Shown here: positions 30,550 to 40,410 of the stretch, one piece after another
How the letters are laid out: each line of letters opens with the position of its first letter
Position numbering within the stretch: the stretch's first letter is position 1
Source of the DNA: Oscillospiraceae bacterium
GTDB taxonomy: Bacteria; Bacillota; Clostridia; Oscillospirales; Acutalibacteraceae
Assembly (NCBI GenBank): GCA_015065645.1
Contig: SVPW01000002.1
Location: forward strand, 31,776 to 95,775
Direction of reading: 5' to 3'
DNA length: 64,000 nt
Program-made: the position numbers and the translations under genes
The notes under the pieces: generated by a model
Database searches by the model: none
The model's input: the letters and a program-made list of their open reading frames with translations, nothing else
Told to the model about the DNA's origin: nothing

Positions 30550-32676
30550 TTAAATAATCTTTACTGTTATCTTTCTTTCTGTAAGGCAGTTTTCTCCTAT
30601 ATACAAATCAAATTCGCCCTTTTCAAGTTTAAAACTACCGTCTTTAAGATAAAAACCAAGCTGTTCTTTCCCCAATTCAAACTCAAAATCGGATATTTCA
30701 CCCGGTTCAATCTGCTTTTTCAAATAGCCTTTAAGCTCTTTAAGCGGTCTCATAACGCTTGCAACCTTATCACAAACATATAACTGAACCGTTTCTTTTG
30801 CCGAAAACTCACCAATATTTTTAACGCTTACTTTAAGTTTGAAGCTTTCACCGTTTTCAATATCACTTAAAGATAGCTCTTGCTTTTCGGCTGTGATTTC
30901 ACCGTAAGAAAACTCAGTATAAGTAAGCCCAAATCCAAACGGATACATAGGATTTGCAAGACCATCAATATAACAGGCGGAAAGTGCCCCCTGCCATACA
31001 TCCCCATAATAAGCATTTACCGTTTTACCCGGACGCAAAGCATTATAATAAATCGGGATATGACCCGTTTTTTTAGGGAATGTTACGGAAAGTCTGCCGC
31101 TTGGAGATGTTTTACCGAATAAAATATCGCAAACAGCGTGTGCCGTACATGAACCCGAATGCCATGCATAAAGAATAGCATCAAAATACTGCTCTACATC
31201 CTCTAAAGCAACAGGTCTGCCGTAAAATAAAACTCCCACTACCCTTTTGCCTGTGGCTTTAGCCCTTAAAATAAGCTCTTTTTGTTCTTGTGTTACCGAA
31301 ATATCTGCAAGTGAATGGGCTTCACCGTTCATCTGATTAGTCTCGCCCAAAGCCAAAACTATCGTATCGGCATTACCGCAAATTGAATTGCTGATTCTTT
31401 CTTTTCCCACAGTTTCACAAAAAGCCTCATATAAATTCTGTGTTTCCTCTGCTCTGCCGTCAAGTGTCCAACTTCCTAAAAGACTTCTTCTTTCATTTAC
31501 AAAAGGCCCTATTAAAATAATATTTTTATCTTTTTCAAGCGGCAATGTTTTATTATCATTTTTAAGCAAAACCATACTTTCTGCCGCTAATTTACGGGAA
31601 TTTTGCAGATGCTTTTGCCTATCAAACACGATAGCTTCACAATAAGGATTTTCAAAAAGCCCCTTTGCAAGCTTAACCCTTAAAATTCTTTTTACCGCTT
31701 TATCAATAGTCTGCTCTGCAACCCTTTGCTCTTCAACAAGAGCTTTAAGATTATTTATATATGAGCTTTCCACCATATCCATATCTGTGCCTGCATTTAT
31801 ACACTGCTCAGCACAATCGGCATCGTTCACCGCAGTACCTTGACGAAGCGGCAGCCTCACAGCACCCCAATCCGAAATAACAAATCCCTCAAAGCCCAAA
31901 TGTTCACGCAGAATATCATTCATATAAAATCTGCTTGAACCCACATTTTCACCGTTTATATCATTAAATGATGACATAACCGTTCCAACACCGCTTTTCA
32001 CCGCACTGCGAAAAGCCGGCAAATAATAATTATATAGGCTATAATCGGAAATTTCGGTATGGTGATAATCCCTGCCGGCTTCTGATGCACCATAGCCGAT
32101 AAAATGCTTGGCGCAAGCCACTAATTTGCCCTTTTCAAAATTGCCCTGAAAACCCTTAATCACTGCCTGAGCTATCTTACCTGCAACAAACGGGTCCTCA
32201 CCCGGTGTTTCAATAATTCTTCCCCACCTGGGGTCACGGCATAAATCAAGCATAGGGCTAAAGGTCCAATGAATACCGTCTGAAGAGGCTTCTTCGGCAA
32301 TATCAGAATAACATTCTTCAATAAGCGAGGAATTAAATGAACAGGACTGTGCAAGCGGTATGGGATATACCGTTCTGTGCCCATATATTACATCACGCGC
32401 AAAAACAAGAGGTATTTTATTTGGGCTTTCATTTACCGCCACATGCTGAAATTCATTCAATAATTCACGATTTACAGAAGAATTATCATCATTTCCCGCT
32501 GTAGAAGATGCCGCCAAAATAAGTGAACCCACCTGACCTTTTCTTATCATATCCTTAATATGGTCTATAGTTTTAGGATCGGTTGAAAAACAAATCTGAT
32601 TGAGCTGACCTATTTTTTCATCGAGAGACATCCTGCTTATAATTGTATCTATTAAAGTATCAAACCTTTTAAACAT
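30550..32676 (-). CDS. GH3 beta-glucosidase
   Basis: SLDEKIGQL N-terminus, FVISDWGA nucleophile motif, and a C-terminal Fn3-like domain. No signal peptide. The start is taken at MFKRF. Confidence 0.85.
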   Translation of the reverse strand: MFKRFDTLIDTIISRMSLDEKIGQLNQICFSTDPKTIDHIKDMIRKGQVGSLILAASSTAGNDDNSSVNRELLNEFQHVAVNESPNKIPLVFARDVIYGHRTVYPIPLAQSCSFNSSLIEECYSDIAEEASSDGIHWTFSPMLDLCRDPRWGRIIETPGEDPFVAGKIAQAVIKGFQGNFEKGKLVACAKHFIGYGASEAGRDYHHTEISDYSLYNYYLPAFRSAVKSGVGTVMSSFNDINGENVGSSRFYMNDILREHLGFEGFVISDWGAVRLPLRQGTAVNDADCAEQCINAGTDMDMVESSYINNLKALVEEQRVAEQTIDKAVKRILRVKLAKGLFENPYCEAIVFDRQKHLQNSRKLAAESMVLLKNDNKTLPLEKDKNIILIGPFVNERRSLLGSWTLDGRAEETQNLYEAFCETVGKERISNSICGNADTIVLALGETNQMNGEAHSLADISVTQEQKELILRAKATGKRVVGVLFYGRPVALEDVEQYFDAILYAWHSGSCTAHAVCDILFGKTSPSGRLSVTFPKKTGHIPIYYNALRPGKTVNAYYGDVWQGALSACYIDGLANPMYPFGFGLTYTEFSYGEITAEKQELSLSDIENGESFKLKVSVKNIGEFSAKETVQLYVCDKVASVMRPLKELKGYLKKQIEPGEISDFEFELGKEQLGFYLKDGSFKLEKGEFDLYIGENCLTERKITVKII

Positions 32677-32794
32677 AAGTGCAACCTCTGTTAAAAAATA
32701 TATGTAAAGCAATTTTAAAACTCAAACTGATTTACATATATTCTTTAACATCAGTTAGTGAGACACAAATGTGCCTCACTAACCAAACTAAAAA

Positions 32795-33859
32795 TTATTT
32801 TTGGAATATACGGATATAATCCATGCTGAAACTTTCAGAGAAAGAACCAACAAGCTCTCCCAAAATATCACCCGGTGTACTACCGTTATTATAGGTACCG
32901 TAATAATCAGTTGGTGCAGAAACACCCATTATCATATAGGTGGATTTATGGAAAGCCTCCCATTTTTCGGGATCGGAAGCAATATCCTGCTCAAGATATG
33001 CAACACCATCAAAATAGAATACTATTTTCTGTGCATCCCAATAAAGAGAAATTTCATGGAAAGAATCCGATAAGCTTTCTCCATTGGCTGGGGTTATAGT
33101 ATCACGCTTATCAATAGTGTCACCATGGTTTGTGTGATCGGTATAATTTACCCATGTATGAAGATTGGGAATTATCTGATCTGCGCCGAAGTTTTCAACA
33201 TAGTCAAACTCATTTACGCTGGCACCGTTATCATCAACAGTTCTTGACCAAAGTGTGCTGCAAGCACCGTTTTTGGTTGCAAGCTTTACTCTGGCAGTCA
33301 TAATACCATAGGTAAAGCTCTTTTTTGCATTGATCTTGGTTGCATAATAACCACCGTCGATCTTACCTGTTTTCATAACGAGCAAACCATCTTCAAGATA
33401 GTAGTTGTTACCCTCTTCATTAATTACGGAAACAGTTCCGTCCTGCCAACGTGAAGAATTTTCCACATCTATCCAGGGACCGCCGTATTTTTGACCGCTT
33501 AATACAGAGCCAAGATAATACGAGCTTGTTCTCTCATAATACGGACCCGGATTTGTAGTTTCGGTTACATACCATTTATCGGTATTAAGCTTTTCTGCAT
33601 TAAACTCATCTCCCCATACATAGGAATAGCCGTCAAGCAGATTCTTTTCACCGATATACCTACCCGAAAGCTCAAAGCCTGCGGGAATAAACTTATATTT
33701 TTCTAAAAATGTTATAAATTTGTTTACTGCAAATGCGGTTGCGTAATCGCTTCCCGCTTCGATGTAAAGGTTATCCTCATAAAGGAATATTTTATAGTCG
33801 GAAAGCCCATAAACATCACCCTTTATACCTGTAAGATTTTCCAATGCAGCATTTTTCAA
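32795..33859 (-). CDS. GH16 domain protein, 5'-truncated paralog of the 883-aa GH16 lipoprotein (possibly a pseudogene)
   Basis: Catalytic motif NEFDYVENFG (ExDxxE). There is only a TTG start and no signal peptide. Homology to the paralog continues upstream of that start. Confidence 0.6.
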   Translation of the reverse strand: MKNAALENLTGIKGDVYGLSDYKIFLYEDNLYIEAGSDYATAFAVNKFITFLEKYKFIPAGFELSGRYIGEKNLLDGYSYVWGDEFNAEKLNTDKWYVTETTNPGPYYERTSSYYLGSVLSGQKYGGPWIDVENSSRWQDGTVSVINEEGNNYYLEDGLLVMKTGKIDGGYYATKINAKKSFTYGIMTARVKLATKNGACSTLWSRTVDDNGASVNEFDYVENFGADQIIPNLHTWVNYTDHTNHGDTIDKRDTITPANGESLSDSFHEISLYWDAQKIVFYFDGVAYLEQDIASDPEKWEAFHKSTYMIMGVSAPTDYYGTYNNGSTPGDILGELVGSFSESFSMDYIRIFQK

Positions 33860-33984
33860 AACGCTCTCATCAATATCGGAAATTCCTACAACGATTTTTT
33901 TAGACGATGCTTTTGCTGATGATGAAAGATCTACATCGAAAGATTTTTCGATCGAATCAACAAGCGACTGGGTCGCATGGGCAG

Positions 33985-36243
33985 TTAAAAAGACGCATTT
34001 CCTCCTGCGGATACTGTATAAGTAGCAAGCTCGTTGCCGTTTATGGTAACAGTTTCAATACCAAGCAAATTCTTTCTTAATGCAATAGTATCGGAAGCTG
34101 CAACTGCGTTATCACGGTCGGTATCATAAAGTAATTCATCGGTATTGTTTGCGATTACCTTCTTTATGCGAACAAGGTCTTTTACATTGGTTGAATCGTC
34201 CATAGTAACGTCAAACTTATCAAACCATTTTGCATTGAGTGCGGCATCAGCAGAAACTGATGTTACCTTTTCTTCACCGTTATACCAACCACCGAAGTTG
34301 TGGAGTAATGTACGGGGGAGGCCAACTATAACAGAACCGCTTTCAGCTATTGCTGTAACATCTGTGCTATAGGTGTTATCGGTATACTTAACTGTAACTA
34401 AGCCTAAGGTACCTGCAGGAATTTCTGTTACGGTTACAGATTTAATGTTGAACGAACCCTGACCGTCAAAAGCAAGTCTTAAAGCCTTTGCATATACACC
34501 GTCAATTACACAGGAAATGCTTGCGTTATCTACGGTTTCGCTGTGCTTTTTAGCGGCACAAATATATTGTCCGTTATCCTGTGTTGTGGTATTAACATTA
34601 TAAAGGATTGCAATCTGCGGATGGTATTGCTTATCGTATGTACCGATATTGGTAACATCATACTCAACATTAACTACATACTTTGCAGTGCTGTCAAGAC
34701 CTACATAGTTGTCGTTGCTGTATTCCAAAGAAACAGCAGCACCGCCGGTATATACTGTGCCAGTGTGTACAACATTATTTTCCTTGTCCATAAGAATTCC
34801 ATCAAAGCCCTGAATTGTAACGCCAAGTGCAGAAGAAGCATCGGTAGGAACATCAAGTGTCATAGTTGCCTTTGGTTTTTCGACGGAAATCATATCGGTT
34901 GCAGTAAGGTCAACATTACCTGTCTTTGTCCACGCAGCGGTAATATCAAGAGAGCTAACTACATTTGTGTGCTTAATGCCGTTTGCATCAAACCAACCTT
35001 TAAATTCATAACCTGCCTTTACGGGTGTAGGTAATAAATCGCCGATAAGTGCAATGTCAACAGTCTTAATACCGCTGTTTGTTAATGTTACAGGAACAAC
35101 CTTTGTATACTCTTCAATTGTAACGGAAGAAATTTCAAAGCTACCCTTACCTGTAAGAGCAAGTCTTATAGGATGACCTGTACCGTATTTAGAACCTTCA
35201 AAAGTGGTGGTCAAGGTCTGCTCTGCATTAACTTTTCCAGGTGCAATACGCTGTGCGGCAATTACCTTACTGCCGTTATCCTGGTTCAAATTATAACCAA
35301 TGTTATAAACAATACCTAATTCAGGGTAATCCTCTGTTTTAGTTGCAGGTGTTGCTGTAACCTTATATTTAACTGTAATCTTATATGATTTATTAGAATC
35401 TGCTACTACATAGTTTTCTGCATCATACTTTAACGGTATCATGGTTTTAAGATACATTGTGGTCCAGTGGTTTATCCATGTGTTAGTACCGTCAAACAAG
35501 GTTCCGTTATAAGCATAGGTTGCATTTACATCAACACTCAAAGGAGCAGATGCAGTTGCCGCTGTGAAGTTAGAGTGTGAAGCGTTTGATACGCTGATAG
35601 GCGCAACATTTGTTAAATCAGCAGCCTTTACATCATAAGCATAGCTTGCCTGCTTAATGGTAATCGACTTAATTGTAGCAGCACCGTGACCGCCGAAATG
35701 CAATCTCAAAGGCTGGTTAGCAGTAGGTGTAGTTGTAACAGAAAGTGAATAAGAACCGGTTGCGGCATTCTTGTTTGCGGCAAGCATAAATGTTCCATTA
35801 TCAATAGTGGTATTTGAAGAGTGGTTATTATAACCAAGACCAATCTGCGGAACATAAGTTGTGTCGGTTGTACCAGCGCTTGTTACATCATAAATTACAT
35901 TTATAGCATAGGTAGCACCTTTTTGAAGAATAATAAAATTATCGCTGCTATCCTTCAAAGCGTACATAGCACCGCTGAGCCAAAGCTTATCTGTTTTAAT
36001 GGCATCACCGCTCATAAACAATTTAGCATCGTTATAGATGCTGAAGGTTACAGCCATACTTCCGTCCTCGCCATAGGTTTGGGACATAGAAAGGTTTGTT
36101 TCGTCTGCACCTATGCGAACGGACTTAGTTAAATCAACGGTTATATTGCTGATTGTTGTTGCGGCAGAGGATGTTATTGTTACAGAGCAAAGTGTGGTAA
36201 CAATAAGGCATACTGCCAATACTAAAGAAATAATTTTTTTCAT
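33985..36243 (-). CDS. Secreted multi-module surface protein with a dockerin-like C-terminus
   Basis: Signal peptide; three ~170-aa modules of unassigned type; two Listeria-Bacteroides repeats (GYEFKGWFDANG, FGGWYNGEEK); C-terminal Ca-loop-like DVTMDDSTNVKD and DTDRDNAVAASD. Confidence 0.7.
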   Translation of the reverse strand: MKKIISLVLAVCLIVTTLCSVTITSSAATTISNITVDLTKSVRIGADETNLSMSQTYGEDGSMAVTFSIYNDAKLFMSGDAIKTDKLWLSGAMYALKDSSDNFIILQKGATYAINVIYDVTSAGTTDTTYVPQIGLGYNNHSSNTTIDNGTFMLAANKNAATGSYSLSVTTTPTANQPLRLHFGGHGAATIKSITIKQASYAYDVKAADLTNVAPISVSNASHSNFTAATASAPLSVDVNATYAYNGTLFDGTNTWINHWTTMYLKTMIPLKYDAENYVVADSNKSYKITVKYKVTATPATKTEDYPELGIVYNIGYNLNQDNGSKVIAAQRIAPGKVNAEQTLTTTFEGSKYGTGHPIRLALTGKGSFEISSVTIEEYTKVVPVTLTNSGIKTVDIALIGDLLPTPVKAGYEFKGWFDANGIKHTNVVSSLDITAAWTKTGNVDLTATDMISVEKPKATMTLDVPTDASSALGVTIQGFDGILMDKENNVVHTGTVYTGGAAVSLEYSNDNYVGLDSTAKYVVNVEYDVTNIGTYDKQYHPQIAILYNVNTTTQDNGQYICAAKKHSETVDNASISCVIDGVYAKALRLAFDGQGSFNIKSVTVTEIPAGTLGLVTVKYTDNTYSTDVTAIAESGSVIVGLPRTLLHNFGGWYNGEEKVTSVSADAALNAKWFDKFDVTMDDSTNVKDLVRIKKVIANNTDELLYDTDRDNAVAASDTIALRKNLLGIETVTINGNELATYTVSAGGNASF

Positions 36244-36330
36244 CAGTTTTCCTTCTTTCTAAAATTATTAAAAAGTTGCCGGATGTGTTATTTTTTAGTT
36301 CAAACTCCCCCTTTTAAACCCTTCTTCGTT

Positions 36331-37239
36331 TTAGCCCGTGATACCAACACGGTCAATCGAACGGACAAATTTGCGCTGGAATATCATATACAGAACAAGT
36401 GGTATTACTATGTACATAAGGCAGGCCGCACTAACCAATGTTGAATACTCGGGCCATCCCTTATAAACACCAATTTGTTGCAGATATACAGTTAAGAAAT
36501 TCATCACCATTGAAAGCGGTGCATCTTCTGATAAGAAGCTGAGCGTTGCCAGGTGATACTCATTCCAATGCCACACGAAGGACAGCACCGAAACGGTAAC
36601 AAGCACCACGCTTGATGAAGGAAGAGCTATTTTAAAATAGGTTTTAACAGGTCCTGCACCGTCAATATAAGCTGCATCCTCAAGCTCCTTAGGAAGACCT
36701 ATAAAGAATTGCTGGTAAATAAATATCATCATACCGCTTCTGATTCCAACACCAAACAGTGACGGCAACCAATAAACAAACGGTGTGCTGAATATATGCA
36801 AATTCCTGAAATTCACCGACATTGAAAGGCTGTACATCTGTATAGGTATAAGAAGTGAAAGGATAAGAAGAAATGTAAATATCGGCTTTCCTTTAAACTT
36901 AAAGCGTGCAAAGCCGTAAGCGATAAAGGCACAAACAAAAACCTCTATCAAAGCACTTAAAACCTGTACCAAAAGTGTTTGCTTTAAAGCAGAACCAAAA
37001 TTCATTAGCTCATAAATATCACTGAAGCTTTTAAAGCTGTAGCTTACAGGCACCCATATATGCTCCATATCAAGCAAGGCATTTCTATCCTTAATGGCAG
37101 AAACGAACATATACAGCAGTGGATACAAAACTATGTAGCCCACAATGCACAAAAATGCAATTCTTGCTATTGATGATATAATGGAAGGTATTTTTTGGCG
37201 GACTAAATTGCCGTCAAACCGTACTTTGTTTTTCAGCAT
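36331..37239 (-). CDS. Carbohydrate ABC transporter permease (MalG/LplC-type)
   Basis: 302 aa, 6 TM, EAA-loop region LEDAAYIDGAG. Confidence 0.85.
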   Translation of the reverse strand: MLKNKVRFDGNLVRQKIPSIISSIARIAFLCIVGYIVLYPLLYMFVSAIKDRNALLDMEHIWVPVSYSFKSFSDIYELMNFGSALKQTLLVQVLSALIEVFVCAFIAYGFARFKFKGKPIFTFLLILSLLIPIQMYSLSMSVNFRNLHIFSTPFVYWLPSLFGVGIRSGMMIFIYQQFFIGLPKELEDAAYIDGAGPVKTYFKIALPSSSVVLVTVSVLSFVWHWNEYHLATLSFLSEDAPLSMVMNFLTVYLQQIGVYKGWPEYSTLVSAACLMYIVIPLVLYMIFQRKFVRSIDRVGITG

Positions 37240-37240
37240 A

Positions 37241-38137
37241 TTAACTCCACCTCTTTAAAAATACTTTGTTATAAAACAGCAATATCACAGCCATAATCAG
37301 TCCTATAATAAGGAAATAGAACCACAATGATGCCGAACCTCTGCCGTAATCAAGATTATTAAAGAAATTATATCCGTGAGATATTACTTCATTATTGCTC
37401 TTTGTAATATTTTCAACTATGGTGAAAACGATTACCAAGAACATTGTGCGTCCTAACATCGGCAATGTTATAAACCAAAACTCTTCCCATTTGGTTGCAC
37501 CTTCAACCTTTGAAACCTCATAAAGCAGGTCGGGAATTGACTGTAATCCTGCAATAAACAGAATTATCTGTATTCCGCTTTGCCATACAAGCATAAACAA
37601 ATTATCAAGTGCTACAGAAAGATAATTTTCAATGGCGGTTGGAAGATTAAGGGCTGTGAAAACCTCAGAAAAATCTATCATTCCAAATGAAACCGAATCA
37701 TTTACGGCAACCTCGGTAGCATTAGATGATGCCGCACCCAAATAAAGCTCCAAAACCGCACCGCTTGCAATAATTACAGGCATAAAGAAAAGGGATCTGA
37801 AAAACAATCTGCCACGGAATTTATTATTAAGCATTACAGCCAAGATAAGGCTTACCACCAAAATAAACGGAACAGAAATAAGCATATCTGTAATTGCCGC
37901 AATAAAATCATCAATATACTGGGTATCCTTAAACAGAATGTAATCAAAATTTTCCATTCCCAAAAATTTAGTTTTAACGCCGCCTGTTCCAATGGAAATT
38001 TGTGCAAAACTAAAATACGCCGATTGAATTATTGGTACAAGGAAGAAAAATATCATTCCCACTATCCAGGGAGAAAGAAATATAAAACCATAACGGGATT
38101 TTAATGTTTCAAGACCCTTTGGTTTGCGCTTTTTCAT
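37241..38137 (-). CDS. Sugar ABC transporter permease (MalF/LplB-type)
   Basis: 298 aa, multi-TM, EAA-loop region YEVSKVEGAT. Confidence 0.85.
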   Translation of the reverse strand: MKKRKPKGLETLKSRYGFIFLSPWIVGMIFFFLVPIIQSAYFSFAQISIGTGGVKTKFLGMENFDYILFKDTQYIDDFIAAITDMLISVPFILVVSLILAVMLNNKFRGRLFFRSLFFMPVIIASGAVLELYLGAASSNATEVAVNDSVSFGMIDFSEVFTALNLPTAIENYLSVALDNLFMLVWQSGIQIILFIAGLQSIPDLLYEVSKVEGATKWEEFWFITLPMLGRTMFLVIVFTIVENITKSNNEVISHGYNFFNNLDYGRGSASLWFYFLIIGLIMAVILLFYNKVFLKRWS

Positions 38138-40396
38138 TTACTCTCCCCTCCCTGTTATATAGCTTTTAGCTGAAACGGTACCGTAATCGGTTGTAATCTG
38201 TGTTTCACCGTAATTTACAACCGCATAAACACCGTTATCAAATTTTGTAACAGCCGCAGTATCACTTAAACGAATATATTCGGTAACGCACGCACCCTCA
38301 ATATCTTCAAGATAATCCTTAATACCGTTAATACTGCTTATAATATTATCCTTATTACCATCGAAATGTGAGCCGTAAATAAATGAATGTTCACTTGTTA
38401 CAAGCTCACTTTCAAAATTGTAATAAAGCGTGTATGATGGTGAAATACCGCTTTCGATACATCTTAATAATGCATCCTGCTTATCAACACAAAGGTTGAT
38501 TGAAACCGAACTCATTGGGCGGTAGCCCTTAAATACAAGCTGATAAAACGGAACATCATAGCTTGAAACAGAATGGTTTGATGAATAAAGCGGAACATCA
38601 CTGATATAATCGGAATTTACAGCCGCATAATCATTTGCGCTATTGCTTAATGTGTTATATCCGGATTTTGAAACTTCTTTATAAATGTTTGCAACATCCC
38701 GTGCCATATTTCCGCTTATATAATAATTTTGTTTACCGTAATCGGAATAAACGGCTTTTGAAAGTGTGGCATAGGAAACACCCGATAGCCCAAGCTCCTT
38801 ACTGCTTTGTATAACCTTTTCTGAAGCCTTAAATAGATTATCTCTTGATAAAACAAAGAATCTATCTTGATTTCTTCCCTTGCTCACATTATCAAAGCTG
38901 GAAAACTCAACCGTTTGACCGCCATGGTAAACTGCGGCAGAAGATTTTGAAAAGCCTGAACCCGATTCACTGAATGAAATCAAATCAAAATCCATAAAAG
39001 AATTGATTTTCTTACCATTAAGTGCCTTTATAAGTGATTTCATACCGTCTTCTCCGCCAAGCTTATCGGCAACGGTAAATCCGCCTGCAACCTCACCAAT
39101 ATCAATTCCGCTTTTTCCAAATCCCGAAAGCTGGATATTAATATCACTGCCAATATCGGCGGTAAGCTTTTCTGTCATAGAAAGCGCCTGAGCAGTTGTG
39201 GTGAGAGGAAAAAGCTTATCTGTGGGAACACCGATAATAAAATCAGGCTGAATCACAGCACCTATAAATTTGAAGGTGGCGGTCTTTTCATCTTCGCTTT
39301 TGGGGGTTAAGCCTGCATTTTTTATCAAATAATCACGGTAGCAATCAGCCATACCGTCAATATCGGCATCCTCACCCGAAAGCGGAAAATATTCCACTAT
39401 CATTGGTTTTGTTACAATGCCATCACTTAAAATTTTGAAAGCACCAAGCGTTGTGGTTGTAACAAAGTTTTCAGGGCGCTCAATATAACTGAAGCCTCTT
39501 ATCCTAAATTCCGGATATACGGTTGAATAACCTATATTTTGAGAACCTATATTCCAATTTAATGCTGCAGATTCCGCACCAGAAGTAATAACCGCAAATA
39601 TTGCGTTATCACCCTTTTTAGCACCGAAAACAGGCATATTAACCTGTTTTTCGGGATTGGACATTCCGTAAGACTGATAGGAAAGGTCCTTACCGTATAC
39701 ATATTTTTGACCTATAGAGCCAACCGAGCCCGAAACAAACGGTTTTATTACCGTGCCCGAACCATCAGGAATCAAAAAGAAACTGTTTTGTGCATCATTC
39801 TTCATTCCGCAAAGGAACGGTGCAATGGCAACAGAATGTATCTTATACTCTTCCCCTTCGGAAATTTTAGTGGGGTCAATAGCTATTTTGAATGAATTTT
39901 CTGTCAACACATAATAAACAGGAACCGAAAACTCATTCTCCATAAATTCATAGGTAACCTTTAAGCCGTTTTTGATTTTTTCGGCATATATTCCCCCGCT
40001 TTGAACAGCAGAGGTGTAAGAATATGCCTTAACATCATCAAAAGATTTGGGATCCTGATATATTACCTGAACAACAGAATCAATTTGAGGATGAACCTTT
40101 TTAATCATTCCGTTTTCCTGATACTCTATCACAGAAGCCTCCATTGGAATTTGGCCCCAAACATAACCGGTTTTCTTTTCTTCAAAGCTGACACGCTTAG
40201 TTGCATTATCCCATTTAAGAGCTAAATTTTCATTTTCAAAAACCACACCCGTGGTGCTGTAATTTCCTTCAAAATTCTGCTCAGAATAGGATAAAAAGGT
40301 TGTAACAGCAGCCTTTTCCTCACCGCATCCGCTAAGAGATAACACCAATGAAAGTACCATTAATACAGAAAGAAATCTTATTAAATATTTTTTCAT
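38138..40396 (-). CDS. Large lipoprotein of unknown function (possibly DUF5696-type)
   Basis: Lipobox LSLSGC. 752 aa. The stop abuts the next start with a 0-nt gap. I cannot place any motif in a characterised family. Confidence 0.6.
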   Translation of the reverse strand: MKKYLIRFLSVLMVLSLVLSLSGCGEEKAAVTTFLSYSEQNFEGNYSTTGVVFENENLALKWDNATKRVSFEEKKTGYVWGQIPMEASVIEYQENGMIKKVHPQIDSVVQVIYQDPKSFDDVKAYSYTSAVQSGGIYAEKIKNGLKVTYEFMENEFSVPVYYVLTENSFKIAIDPTKISEGEEYKIHSVAIAPFLCGMKNDAQNSFFLIPDGSGTVIKPFVSGSVGSIGQKYVYGKDLSYQSYGMSNPEKQVNMPVFGAKKGDNAIFAVITSGAESAALNWNIGSQNIGYSTVYPEFRIRGFSYIERPENFVTTTTLGAFKILSDGIVTKPMIVEYFPLSGEDADIDGMADCYRDYLIKNAGLTPKSEDEKTATFKFIGAVIQPDFIIGVPTDKLFPLTTTAQALSMTEKLTADIGSDINIQLSGFGKSGIDIGEVAGGFTVADKLGGEDGMKSLIKALNGKKINSFMDFDLISFSESGSGFSKSSAAVYHGGQTVEFSSFDNVSKGRNQDRFFVLSRDNLFKASEKVIQSSKELGLSGVSYATLSKAVYSDYGKQNYYISGNMARDVANIYKEVSKSGYNTLSNSANDYAAVNSDYISDVPLYSSNHSVSSYDVPFYQLVFKGYRPMSSVSINLCVDKQDALLRCIESGISPSYTLYYNFESELVTSEHSFIYGSHFDGNKDNIISSINGIKDYLEDIEGACVTEYIRLSDTAAVTKFDNGVYAVVNYGETQITTDYGTVSAKSYITGRGE

Positions 40397-40410
40397 ATAA
40401 ATTTCCTCCT

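Noticed and set aside
34543-35034. 163-aa plus-strand ORF, and similar ORFs at 49119..49612, 50013..50405 and 52736..53170
   Set aside because: All lie antisense inside very long, repeat-structured surface-protein genes. Their low-complexity Cys/Ile/Ser-rich products are shadow ORFs.
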